This document shows, piece by piece, positions 47,535-59,794 of a stretch of 64,000 bases of DNA. Every line of letters starts with the position of its first letter. Position 1 is the stretch's first letter. Below the pieces are notes generated by a model. The model saw nothing but the letters and a program-made list of their open reading frames with translations. It had not been told where the DNA came from and made no database searches. Source of the DNA: Mobula hypostoma (lineage: Eukaryota); NCBI RefSeq assembly GCF_963921235.1, contig NC_086108.1:19034001-19098000 (forward strand), written 5' to 3'. The position numbers and the translations under genes were made by a program.

Positions 47535-47760
47535 TAACAGAAACAGGCCATTTAGCCCACAAGTCCACTGCAATTATCACGCACCCACATACACTAATGC
47601 AAAACTTTAACTCTTTGCACATTCCCATCAATATTCCCCAGATTCTACACACTAGGAACAATTTACAGTGGCCTATTAACCTTCTAATCTGCACATATCG
47701 GTGGAAATCAGAGGAAACACACAGAGTCACATATAAACCCCACACAGACAACGAAATCAG
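47535..47760 (-). mobile_element. V-SINE fragment
   Basis: acagaaacaggcc tail and caatttacagtggcctattaacc. Confidence 0.72.
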
Positions 47761-47864
47761 GAAAAAAAACTGCCGGTGCTGAAATCTGTAACAAAAATTA
47801 GAAGAAGAACTCAGCCAGACCAGCAGCTTCTACAGAGAGAGAAATCAGTCAATATTTCTGGTCA

Positions 47865-49770
47865 GAGATCTGAAATCTCTGGACTATTGGGATCTCTACT
47901 GGGGAAGGTATGACCAGTACAAAAGGGACTGGTTACACCTGAACCCAACAGGGACCAATACCCTTGCCAGCAGGTTTTCCGAACTACTGGGGAGGGTTTA
48001 AACTAATTTGGCAGGGGAATGGGAATTAGAATAATCAGGCTGAGGTTGGGGCAGTTGATACACAAGTCAATGTAGTGTGTAGTGAGACTATGAGGAAGAA
48101 CAGGCAGATAACAGGGCAAAATTGCAGTCAATGACATAAGTTGAAGTGTACTTGGGGGCAAAATCTAAAAAGGTGATGAATACAGAACTGAAGGTATACA
48201 TGAATGCACATACAGTAGTATATAGAATAAGGCAGATGATTTTGTACTGCAGTTAGAGATTGGCAGTTATGATGTTGTGGGCAAAACTGAGACATGGCTG
48301 AAAGATTATAGCTTGGGGCTTATCTGTCAGGTTTGCACAGCCAGGCACCAACTGCCCCCCCCCCAACCCCACCCAACTAACAGGAATCACCTGTCACTCG
48401 TTTCCAACTCATCATCTACAGCCTATTTAAACACAACTCTCGTCCACCCACAACCTTTGTTCACTCATTGAACCAACCTAGCCCTTCAGTTACATTGTTG
48501 CCTCTGGTGTTGAGTACCTGTTTTTTTTCTTGTCAAGGCCCCTCATGGCTTATTATTTAGCAGTTACTGGTAATTATTAGTGCTATCGCTCACCACTAAA
48601 TCATCTCCATTGTTCTGCTTTTGGGTCAAGCCTCCTCAACACTTCACATCCAAATTATATATTGAAAGGTCAAAAGGGTAGGTAGAGTGTGTGGGGTGGT
48701 TCTGTTGGTAAAAAATGAAATCAAATCCTTAGAAAGAGGAGATATAGGATCAGAAGATGTAAAATCCTTGTAGGTAGTGTTAAGAAACTCTATGCAGGCC
48801 TCCAAATAGTCGCCAAGATGTAGGGTACAAATTACAACAGGAGATGAAACAGGCTTGTAAAAAGGGCAAAATGTTATGATAGTCATGGGGGATTTCAAGA
48901 GATGCATTAGATCCTAAGAGATGGAAAGTCTAGGATGCCTATGAGATGGTTGTTTTTTTTTATATAAAAAGAGCAGCTTGTGTATGTTTCCACTAGAGGA
49001 AAGACAATTCTGGATTGGGTGTTGCATAATGAACCAGATTTAATTGAGGAGCTTAAGGTAAAGGAACCCTTAGGAAAGTGTGATCATAAAATGATAAAAT
49101 TCACCATGCAGTTTGAGAGGGAGAAGCTAAAGTCAAATGTATCAGTATTACAGTAGAGTAAAGAGAATTGCAGAGGTATGAGGGAGGAGCTAAATTGATT
49201 GGAAGGGGATATCAGCAGGGATGAAGGCAGAACAGCAATGGCTGGTGTTTCTGGCAGCAATTCATAAGGCACAGGAGAAATGAAGTAGTATTCTAAAGGG
49301 AGGGTGATGCAACCATGGCTGACAAGGGAAGTCAAAGACAGCATAAAAGTAAAAGTGAAAACAAAAATTTATGGGAAGTCAGAGGATTGGAAAGATTCTA
49401 AAAACCAATAGAAGGTGGTTAACAAAGCCATGAGGAGAGTAAAGAAGAAATATGAATGTAAGATAGCCAATAATACAAAAGAAGATACCAAAAGTTTATA
49501 CAGAAATATAAGGAGTAAAAGAGAGGCAAGTGTGGATAGCAAACAGCAGGAAAATGACACTGGAGAGGGAGTAATTGGGGACAAAGAAATACCAGACAAA
49601 CATAATTAGTATTTTGCACCAGTCTTCACTGTGAAAGACACTAGCACTATGCCAGAAATTTGTAAGTACTAGGGACAGAAGTGAGTGTAGTTGATATCAC
49701 TAAGGAGAAAGTACTTGGGAAACTGAAAAGTCTGAAGTAGACTAGATGGACGACAACCTGGGGTTCTGAA
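47865..49770 (+). mobile_element. CR1 LINE 5' half: ORF1 esterase end plus ORF2 endonuclease, decayed
   Basis: LDYWDLYWGRYDQYKRDWLHLNPTGTN (SGNH-type ORF1 end), QLEIGSYDVVGKTETWL, VMIVMGDF and YFAPVFTVKD. Confidence 0.9.
48325..48646 (+). mobile_element. Short solo-LTR-like insertion in CR1
   Basis: TGTCAGG...CA ends, tatttaaa TATA-like box, tgcttttgggtc near the 3' end, imperfect TSD tatc/catc. Confidence 0.6.
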
Positions 49771-50090
49771 AGATTAGATTATGAGGACACGCAGTCCTCT
49801 TTTATTGTCATTTAGTTATGCATGCATTAAGAAATGATACAATGTTCCTCCAGTGTGATATCACAGAAACACAAGACAGACCAAAACTGAAAAACTGACA
49901 AAAACCACATTATAACATAATTACAACAGTGCAATACTGTAACTTGATGAAGAATAGGCCACAGGCACAGTAAAAAAAAGTTCAAAGTCTCTCGAAAGTC
50001 CCATCACCTCACGCAGACGGGAGAAGGAAGAAAACTCTCTTCCTGCCATGAGCTACCAGCGCCGCAAACTTGCTGATGCAGCATCCTGGT
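49770..50090 (-). mobile_element. Rex1/Babar-type 3' tail
   Basis: (agatt)n tail followed by tttattgtcatt; it truncates the CR1. Confidence 0.6.
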
Positions 50091-50556
50091 AGCTAAAACA
50101 GTTGACCTCAAAAATAATGACAGTGTTGCTCGCTGCACTGCTTGCAACAGTGACCTTCCTATTGCCCATGGTGGGTTAAATGACTGTAAAAGACATGTTG
50201 AGGTGAGGTTAACAGGTGTCATTCATTCATTAGCATAGCTAATGTTATTTAAACTAGCTGGATAGCTGCTAAGGAGCTACATTATTGATGTCCTACATGA
50301 TGAGGCCAAACTCCCTGTAGACTTGCTTAAAGTTGTAATAGAATAAAAAAAAAGACTCCATGATAATAAGTAATACAAGTACATATTTTAATGTCATATT
50401 TTCTGCGTATACCCAACTTGGTTTACAGATTAGACAAAATCACTAAACAAAGTATTACCTACACTCTTGGAGGTCGACCGGGGGTGGGGGGATATGGGGT
50501 TGCAGGGAGTGGGGATGCTACCTCCCTGAAATGAGTTTTTGTAGGGTGGGATGTCT
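50090..50556 (+). mobile_element. hAT-like DNA transposon remnant (zinc-finger exon plus probable right TIR)
   Basis: KTVDLKNNDSVARCTACNSDLPIAHGGLNDCKRHVE followed by GAG/gtgagg; terminus ...gggtgggatgtctg (reverse CAGACATCCCACC) completed at 53363. Confidence 0.7.
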
Positions 50557-53350
50557 TTCTTTTTCAAATTTTTATTAATTTCTACATAGAAGAATACAGA
50601 GTACACGAAGATAGATATTACCAGTCAAAAAAAGATAAAATAATACCAAATACATTATATTTGAGTCATACTTGCAATCTCATTACCCTATATTCATGTA
50701 AATTAAATCATAATATTGAAATGTGATAATTTTATTATATCAAACAAAGAATCTAAACCCACTACCAAGATCGAAGCTGTTTGGTAAAGAAAGAAAAAAG
50801 GAAAAAAAATCTTTATCATATAGTGAAATATGTTATTCACCAACTTTAACAGCAAATCAAAGGTTTTGAAAATAGTTCAAAAATGGTCCCCATAATGTTT
50901 GAAAGTCTTGGTTAGATTCAGAAATTGAACAACGGATCTTCTCTAAATTTAAACATGACATAACATCACGTAATCATTGAGTTTGAGTAGGCGGAACGAC
51001 ATCCTTCCATTTAAGCAAGAGCGCGCTCCCACCGATAAGAGCTATAATATGCAAATCAGATGTCTCCAAAATAATCTTTTCCTCCAACAATACCAGATAA
51101 GGCAGTCAAAGGGTTATGCTTAAAATTTACTTTGAAAAGTACAGAGAAAGTTTGAAATACTTCCTTGCTATCACAATGGGTACAGAACGGACCCAAATGC
51201 AAGACACAAACACTGAAGTACAAGGAACAGGACTTGACTAGAGTAGGGACGTGACAGGATACAGACAAGGAGCAGGGACAAGAACACAGACTTGGGCTAG
51301 GACAAGGACTAGACAGGGAACCCGGACAAGGAACTAAGAACTAGGAGCCTGGACTAAGGAGAGCGGGACCAGGACTAGAAACCATGGACTAGGAGACAAG
51401 GCTTGGACTCCGAGCCAGAGACTGGACAAGGGCCCAGAACCTGTGTCTTGCCTTGGGCTCAGACCCCAGAACTAGGCAAGGACATGACATGGCTTCAGGA
51501 CAGGACAGGATGTGACTGGGGTCTAGAGGCCTGAGCTTGGAGACAGGCTGGGGTCTTGGCTCTTGAGGCTTGAGGCTGGAGGCTGGGGTCTTGGCTCTTG
51601 AACTTGGAAACAGGCTGGGGTCTTGGGTCTTGAGGCTGCAGGCAGGGGTCTTGGTCTTCAGGCTTGAACTTGGAGGTAGGCTGGGGTTTTGGGTCTTGAG
51701 GCTGCAGGCTGGGGTCTTGGGTCTTGGAATGCAGAGTCTGATAACTCAGAGGCTGGAGTTCAGAGACAGACTGGGAATTGTACATCAACAGAGAGCCAGG
51801 ACTTATCCTTTGAAAAGCCGGGACTCATCTTTAAGTCGACACTAACGTGTGACTGGACAGTACATAGACATAGAGCAGGGGCTCATCCATAGACAAGCCG
51901 GGATTCAGCTTTATCTCCACACCAAGGTGGGACAGGTCCACCTGTTGGGTAATGGCAGAACGGCCGGACTTACCCAACAGAGGCAAAGACAAGACAGATC
52001 CCCCCACAGGGCAACGGTAAAACAGCCTGACTTACCCCACGGAGGCGAGGACAAGAAGAGACAAACACTAAAGAACAACGGACAGTTCCATCTCTGCTTT
52101 GGGGTAGCTCCAAGTCTCAGTTCGGCCAGCAACCTCAGCTGGCTACAGAAACAGCCGGATCCCTACCTAGCTCAGAGTGGCTGACGGCCACTCAGCTGGC
52201 CTGGGAAACAGTCAAATCCATGCTGCAAAGACAGCTCCGACTACCAACAGCAAGGCTCCATGAAGTGATGGTTCTCTAACGCGGCCTAAAGATGGCAAGT
52301 GGCTGCTCTAGCCATCCACCGGCAGGTTGCTCCCAGGGAATACTGACCAGACAGACCAGCAGCCCACACTCGACCCCAAGGCCACTTATATTCCAAACCC
52401 CAAGATGGGAATCAGGTGCCTATGATTAACAACCAAACGAGGGACGGCTGGAAGACCCGGAGTCCCGAGTCCACGGACCGGACCGTGAACCAGAACCTGG
52501 GCTTCATGGACCGGATCATGACACTTGCAGTATTTTTCAAGACTCGGACATGTCCAAAACATATGAATTAGTGAAACTTCTCCATTGTTACATCTATCAC
52601 AGTAGGAAGATATATCTGAATAAAAATGAGATAGCTTATCCTTAGTCATGTGGGCCCTATGGACCACTTTAAATTGTAGGAGGGAGGGTGGGCACATAAT
52701 GATGAAGTGTTAACCAATTTAAAAATTTCATTGCAAGTTTCGTCAGAAATTGAAGTCTGTAAATCTTGTTTCCAGAGATTTTTAATTTTGTCTAAAGAAG
52801 CATTTCTCATTCCCAGCAACATGCCATAAATATTAGATATTGAACCATTATGTAAAGGTTTCAAATTAGAAATTACATCTAATAAGTTCTTATCGGGACT
52901 TTTAGAAAATGTATATAATTGAGATCGCAGAAAGTCTCTAATTTGTAGATATCGAAAAAAATGGGTTTTTGGTAAGCTATATTTAACTGACAACTGCTCA
53001 AACTACAAGAGACTTCCTCGAACAAACAAATCCGGGAAGCATTTAATACCCAATCTATCCCATTCTTTAAAAACTAGATCAGTTATAGAAGGTGTCAAAA
53101 AAAAATTAGAAAAAATGGAACTTGGAAGAGAAAATCTCAATAAGCCAAAGTATTTTCTAAATTGTACTCAGATCCTCAAAGTAAGTTTAACTACCAAATT
53201 GTCAGTTAATTTACTTAAAGATAAAGGAAATGAAGATCTAAGAAGAGAAATGATAGAAAATTTGTTAACAGCATTAGCTTCTAAAGAAACCCAAACTGAA
53301 CAGTCCTCATGGTTAGTATAATATGACCAAAATATAAGTTTCGTATAGCA
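50557..53350 (-). mobile_element. L1-clade LINE, 5'-truncated (ORF2 C-terminal region), split by an LTR
   Basis: FFRYLQIRDF, LLQFKVVHRAHMT and CDRC...SLIHMFWTCP; T-rich tail at 50557; 12-bp TSD GGTGGGATGTCT (50545-50556, 53351-53362). Confidence 0.93.
51169..52523 (-). mobile_element. Solo LTR (1355 bp, probably Ty3/Gypsy-type) with internal tandem repeats
   Basis: Ends TATCACAA...TCATGACA; 5-bp TSD CTTGC (51164-51168, 52524-52528). The L1 reading frame continues across it. Minus-strand TATAA near 52386-52390. Confidence 0.88.
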
Positions 53351-54889
53351 GGTGGGATGTCTGTGTGTGAGACTCAGAATCTGGAATGGTCCAAGGCAGC
53401 TGGAGGTTTCGACAACAGGGATGGGCTTCAGTCACTCAAAAGCTCATAATCATCAGTTTACCCGGACTTGCTAACCCTCACACTGTATTCTCCACTATTA
53501 CTTTACACCCCTGTCTAGATCCACACCTCTGTCCTTCAGACTGACTGGAATTGTTTCAAGGGAAACCTCTTTCAAGCTTTGGAAAGCCTACTGTGGGGGC
53601 TCCATTAAATACCCCCACCCATCAGATCCTCCAGAAAATCTCAAAGCTTGGTCGTATGTCCTCTTTTCTCTCAAGGTCTATGCTACTGGTTAGATTTATT
53701 TTTCATTTGGTGTTAGGTAGGCCGTTTTCCGGCCTATATCCCACAGAGGGATTCCAAACTAATATTACTTGAGCCAGATATCTTTGCTCTTTTCCTAATA
53801 TAAACATTGTGTGTTTTTGTTTACTGTAGGACTTTACCAAGCCCAACAAACCAAACAGAATAACTGGAGCTGAGTTGCACTTATTTTTAATAGGTGACTC
53901 AGCAGAGCCAGAGAGAGATCATCCATGAAGCAGACTCCTGTGGACAAAGCTGCTGAGCGTGGAAGCTTGTGATTTGAGTTTCCCTGCAAGAGATTAAACA
54001 AATCCCCTGGCTCCTGGCTGTCATGCACCTGGATGAGCAAGCAGAGGCAGGAAACTTGCCACCCAGGATTCCACAGCAACCACACTGCTTCCCAGCTGGT
54101 TGGCATCGTCACAGCTCTGTCACCCCACCCTCCCTGATGTATCAACGCATTCTGAGTTGGAGCAGAAGGTATTTTCACTTAATAAAGTGACACCTTTTAT
54201 AATCGTCCATAGAACATATTCAGTGATGTAATAACTATCACAGCTCCAATGATCCTGATCCCGACAATAAACTTGATTTTGACTTGGACATTAATTTGAA
54301 CAAGAGTAGAAGAATTTCAAAATGAAAGGAAAGAGCTTCTGAAGAGGAAGCTAACATAGGTGGGTAGGCAAAGGGTTGTTGGGTGTATGTGACTTGGTGC
54401 CACTTAGGTTGTGGGCAGTTTGCGACTCTAGAGGAGAAGGACACTAACAACTGCAAGCTGCTCATACTTAGCACTCTATGAATTCCATCTGAACGTGGAC
54501 GATGGGATTGTCACAACATGGTTGAAATCAATGAGAGTGAATAAGCTTTATGCATTCTGGTCTGAATCAGTGAGACCTAGTCCCCTTCTCGGGCTCTCTG
54601 TTACCAGTCTATGAACCAGGGCTAAACTCCCTGCAGTCAATTCAGTGCACGAAAAATTTCACTACATTCAGAACAGAGTCTAAAACCTTCCTCCAGGTGG
54701 AGCTTTATAAAGATAACCAGCTGGCCTTCTGGTTCTCTGGGCTCAGAGGGAGGAGGTTCCTGGAACAGCACGCAGAGAAGTGGAGAAAGCCAAACAAGAG
54801 AGTCCTGATTCTGCCGTCTGCGAGGGAGGAGAAATGGAAACGATAAGGAAACTGTACTCACTGACAGAAGCCAACCACACTTAGGGTTA

Positions 54890-55060
54890 TCAAATGCACA
54901 GGGCCACACTATCAGACTGATTGGTGTATTGCACTCATGAGCTTAGCTAATGATGGTCTGTAACATTTAATGTAGAATGCTTGGGACCCTTCCCTCATTA
55001 GCTGTTAAACATAAAGCTATCCCTCTTAGCTTCTTTTAATCATGATTTCTGGTCATAGGC
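54890..55060. promoter_or_regulatory. Candidate conserved non-coding element
   Basis: Unique DNA with CTAATGA/TCATTAG, TGATTGG and TAAACA motifs. Confidence 0.35.
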
Positions 55061-55554
55061 GAACTGACAAGGCTATGCTTGATGTACCATCTAATTTCTC
55101 TTAGACTGTTTCACAGCTGCTTGCTCAGTCAGTCTATGAATCATACAGTGTCGGACTGGTGTCATGCAACTAACAATGGGACCAGGAGCTGGCTATTATT
55201 TCCTAAATGGTAATTTCCTGACTCCAGTCCAGAAACGAGCACAGTTGTTGTCTCCATCGCTGGCATCAAACAGGGTGGGTGGGGGGATTGCGATGGAGTG
55301 TGGAAGGGACAGGGTGAATGAGGAGGTGAAATGGCAGGTGTGAGATCAGGAATAAACTGGTTATCCCTTTAAACAATGTGCAGGGACCTCAACACACAAT
55401 GTCCACTGGACTCAGCCTGCTTCTCATAGAGGTTGAGCATCTGCCCAACTCTCTGGTTGCTTCTCAATGAAGAAGCCTAATCAGATACACACACTGCTTA
55501 AAGTTACCCTGTGACTCTAAAAGGGGTGGGATATTGTGGTTGGACTGTGCTGAA

Positions 55555-56115
55555 GGCGGTGTTCAGCAGGCTGTCCTTCATCAGTTATGCTGTACTTGTA
55601 TTAGATATTGGTAAAGCCACACCAGCAATATTGTGTTCAGTTTTGGTCACCCTGTTATAGGAAAGATTTTTAAACTAGAAAGAGTGCAGAAAAGAGTTAG
55701 CAGGATATTTTCTGGACTTCAAGCCTGAGTTACAAGGAAAAGTTGTGTAGACTCGGACTTTATTCCTTGGAATGCAGGTGATTGAGGGGAGAGCTGATAG
55801 AGGTATATAAGATCATGAGATGCACAGACTGGGTGAAAGCACATTGTTCTTCCTCAGGGAGGGTTTGCTAAAAACAAGAGGAAATAGGCTTAAGGTCAGA
55901 CTTTTAAAAGGGACCAGGAGCAGCTTCTTCAGATAAAGGATAGTGAATATTTTGAAAGAGCTGTCAGAAATAGTATTTGAGGCAGGCACATCAGCAACAT
56001 TTAAAACCTATATAGTGAAGAACGTGGATAGGAGAGGTTTAGAGGGCGAGCTCGTGGGGCAACATGGTTGGGGTGAGTTGGGCCGAAGAACCTGTTTCCC
56101 TGCTATTTGACTGTA
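55555..56115 (+). mobile_element. CR1 3' portion
   Basis: attggtaaagccacacc...tgtgttcagttttggtcaccctgttataggaaagat...gataggagaggtttagaggg. Confidence 0.88.
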
Positions 56116-56289
56116 TCAGTCATATGCAGTAGAAAGAGTGACCAAGCATGGATAAAGCCTTCCATTGGTCCATTGGAAATCCTGGTGTAAGTGGTGTGGA
56201 AGAGAGAACACCACTTGATGGATGATAGGAAGTGCCAGGAGAAAATCAATTACTTAGATGAGTATGTCACCCATTGTTATATATTGAAT

Positions 56290-56500
56290 GGTACTCTAGT
56301 ACAATAAGTTGGACTCTTGACCTCACAATCTACCTTGTTATGACCTTACCCTGTATAGTCTACCTGCAGCACACTCTCTGAAGCTGTTGTGTTTTATTTT
56401 GCATTCTGTTATCATTTTGCCTTGTCTTATCTTTGACCTGTCTGAACAGTATACAAGTTTTGCACTGTCCCTTGTTACATGTGACCATAATAAACCCATA
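56290..56500 (+). mobile_element. Rex1/Babar-type 3' UTR fragment
   Basis: ggactcttgacctcacaatctacctt...acatgtgaccataataaacc. Confidence 0.7.
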
Positions 56501-56754
56501 CTAGGACCAATACAAGCCGTCAAGACCAGCGAATGCATGGTGAAACGGTAACTGAACAACCTCAGCAAGAGTGTCAGCCACTTTGCTCCCCTTCCTATAA
56601 CACTGCCAATCCAGACTCATTCCTGTAGGACTTTACTGCCCTTGAGCATACCTCACACTGCTGCACTCCTCACACTCACACCTCATGGCTTATACACACT
56701 CAGCTGAAACAGACAATCACGGAAAACATTGCAATCACGGACCACATGTGGAAT

Positions 56755-56840
56755 AGAGAGGTGGGTGGAGAGAGAGGGAGAGGGAGAGGGAGGGGGAGAG
56801 AGGTGGGGGAGGGAGAGGGAGATGGGGGAGGGGGAGGGAT
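56755..56840 (+). repeat. GA-rich polypurine simple repeat
   Basis: (gggaga)n-like run. Confidence 0.8.
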
Positions 56841-56974
56841 AGATATGCACGTTACGTGACCATAGGCCCCTCCACCTTGACCCAGGAATTACAGCATGTG
56901 CAAGCAGTAGATAGAGAGAGGGTGAAGATTGAAGTGTCACTCAATCTCACACATGGCCACCAGTTCATATTGAG

Positions 56975-57250
56975 TCATACTGCACAGAAACAGACCCTTC
57001 AGCCCAGTGAGTCTGTATCAGCTATCAAGTACACATTCACACCAACCCATGTTATTCTCCCCTCATTCCGATCAACTATCCCCCGATCCTACATACTAGG
57101 GATGATTTACAGCCACTAATTAACTTACCAACCTGCACATAATTGGGATGTGGGAGGAACTGGAGGAGGGAGAACAGGGAAACTCTACAGAGGTGGCCCT
57201 GGAGGTCAGGGTTATAGCAAGCTCTTTGGTGTCATGAAGCAGCAACTCAA
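56975..57250 (-). mobile_element. V-SINE
   Basis: acagaaacagacccttcagccc tail and tgggatgtgggaggaa. Confidence 0.72.
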
Positions 57251-58489
57251 CCAGGCACAACAGCCGAAAATGCCACAACTGATCATACAGAGACAGGGTC
57301 TATGTGTAATGAGAACCCAGGAGTATGTCTGCTGTAGTCCTGCAAGGGCAAAGCACAGAGAAGGTGACAGCTTACTGGAGGATAAAGTCACACGTTAACC
57401 CTACTACAGGAGTCAGGTAATGTGTGCTAAGGTACGCCTGCTGCTATGGCTCTAAGTGGTGATTCCCACACTGTCACAGCTCTCCTGCAATCTCAGCATC
57501 AGAATTAGAACCCTGCTCCCTCATAACCCAGCTCCCCCCACCCCCCACATCCCTTTCCTCCTCTTCCCTCCCTGGATGGCTCTGTTCACTCTTCCCAATA
57601 CATATGGAAACAACTGGACGGTAGTCAAGCCTTGAAGTCACAGTAGTAGTGTTTCTGGACCAGACAATCCATTCCCTGCCAGCTAGAGCAACACAAGAAC
57701 ACCAGAAGAACACATTACAAACAAAGGAATGCATGAACATGAGAAGAACATACAAATATGAGCAACAGCAGGTCAACCAAACCTTCTAATTTGCTATGAC
57801 ATTCATCAGGATCTGCCAGCTCAACACCATTTTGCTGTACCTCTCAACTCCCTTGATGTCCAGAGATCCATTGATCTCAGTTTTAATAAAATCTAAGATG
57901 GGGCTACCACAGCCCTCCACATTTTAATAAATGTGGAAAAGCATCCAAAGGAACACTCCAGACATTATGCCATTGATGAACCTCAGTGATAGTTTTCCCC
58001 ATGTCACTGTATGCATGTTTAAGTGTCAGGTTGAGAGAGGTTACAAGATGTAGAGTGGAATTGCAAAGTAGCAGGGCTGGCATTACTGACTGATGTCAAA
58101 GCTCTAACTACTATGCAGTAGCTGGGGAACATAAGGTTAATCTGCACTAGATCTTTATTGATATAATACATGAGACAATTCATGGAGGCAAGAGAGCTGA
58201 GGAAATGTTGGGAGAGAATTCAGAGAGAATGTGGGAGGAGAGAGAGAGTTTGATGATGATTCTGGGAGGAGGTGGGGAAAAGGAGAGTTGCGAGATGAAT
58301 CAGAGAATGGAGGAGAGGGAGCTGAGGAAGCAGATTCAGGAAGCAGGTGGGGGAGAGGGAGCTAAGGGAGTAGATTTAGGAACCAGGTGGAGAAGAGGGA
58401 GCAAAGGGAAAGGACTTCACTAGAAGATGGGGTAGCGGGAGCTGGGGCAGAGTAGGGAAAAGATTGAGATCTGGGAGAATTTGTTATCA

Positions 58490-58830
58490 CAAAGAGATAC
58501 AGCACATAAACAGGCCCTTCAGCCTATTGAATCCAACCAAACATCCATTATCCAGTTATCCAAATTCTACATTTATCACATTTTCTTCAATCAATTCCCC
58601 TCAAGTCCTACCACTCACCAACACACTTGGGGTAATTTACAACAGCTAATTAATCTCCCATCATGCACATCTGTGAGATATGGGAGAAAACCAAGGCACC
58701 CAGGAGATATCCGTGAAAAGACAGGGAGAACATGCAAACCCCACACAGACAGCTCCAAAGGTCAGCATTGAGCCTGGGTCTCTGGAGCTGTGAATCAGTG
58801 ACTGCTTCCTCCATTTCTTCGCATGCTGTT
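58490..58830 (-). mobile_element. V-SINE
   Basis: acagggagaacatgcaaaccccacacagacagc and attgagcctgggtctctggagctgtg. Confidence 0.8.
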
Positions 58831-58964
58831 CCAGGAACTGAGAACATAAGATTAAGAATAAAGTGTTAAGCGACTATGAACTTACTGAATGAAGGTTGAA
58901 AGGGAGAGAGCTTTGAAACAGAGACAAGATTTGATTATATATTTCAGCTTGTCAACAAGAGACC

Positions 58965-59330
58965 TCTTTACAGACAGTATTTGATGACATGAATTTCCTG
59001 GTCCTCTGTGACAGCTGCTTTCCACAGCAAGGATTGAAATGGCAGGCAATGGGAAAAAACAGTCAATAAGTACAATTTTGCCAAACTGATTGATTTTTTA
59101 ATCATCAAGCATGCAATCCTGTCTGTCCAAGGGAAAGAGGGGAAAGTGAAGGGCAGCTGTGCCATTCTTTAATCAGTGTGTTGATGCAGACACAGTCCAG
59201 ACTGTTCTGTGTTATTACTACACTCTGCCTTAGGAAGCTTCATTCAGCAGAGTGTCTCCCACAAAACTCTCTCATCGAAACAAGAAGCTTCTTATTCGAA
59301 GATGATTTGAAGCTGATATAAATGTAGCCT
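58965..59330. promoter_or_regulatory. Candidate conserved non-coding element
   Basis: Unique DNA with TGACAG, CAGCTG twice, TTTCCTG and TGATTGAT at 59087-59094. Confidence 0.5.
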
Positions 59331-59669
59331 TCAGCCCCCCCCCCCATACAGGAACTCTTAATTAATCTATCCTCACCCACCTCCCCCACTCACCCCGTCT
59401 CCATAACTACACCATAATTTCATTACTGTTTGTTATGACTGTATTAGCCCCTGCCTGCTTTTATATCCTGACCATTACAGCTCCCACTGCTTTGCAACCT
59501 CCATGACAGAGTAGATTGTACCATGGGTATGGGAGGAGATAAAATGTCCAGGATTAACACAGTGCATGGAAAGAACAAAGCTAATCAGCTCAGGCTCTTT
59601 CTGAGCTTATCATTTTTTAAGTGGAAAACTGTTTGATCATTTGATTCTAGAAATTCCATTCTTTTGCAG

Positions 59670-59739
59670 GTTTAACTGAAGAAAATAAGCAAATGAATGA
59701 CACTTGGAGCCACCTAGGGTTAGCTGCAGCAGGAAATTG
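59670..59739 (+). other. Possible exon (G)LTEENKQMNDTWSHLGLAAAGN
   Basis: Acceptor ccattcttttgcag/G and donor TTG/gtaaat; one open frame. Confidence 0.25.
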
Positions 59740-59794
59740 GTAAATATATTGATATAATTTCCAACCCCACTATTCCTCACTCTCCACACTCCAT

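Noticed and set aside
51230..51730. Repeat-spacer-like pattern resembling a CRISPR array
   Set aside because: The repeats are imperfect and abutting, with no unique constant-length spacers. The context is a eukaryotic LTR and there are no cas genes.
51495..51892. Repetitive ORFs (PQDPKPQP.. / RLQAGVL..)
   Set aside because: These are by-products of tandem repeats inside a solo LTR.
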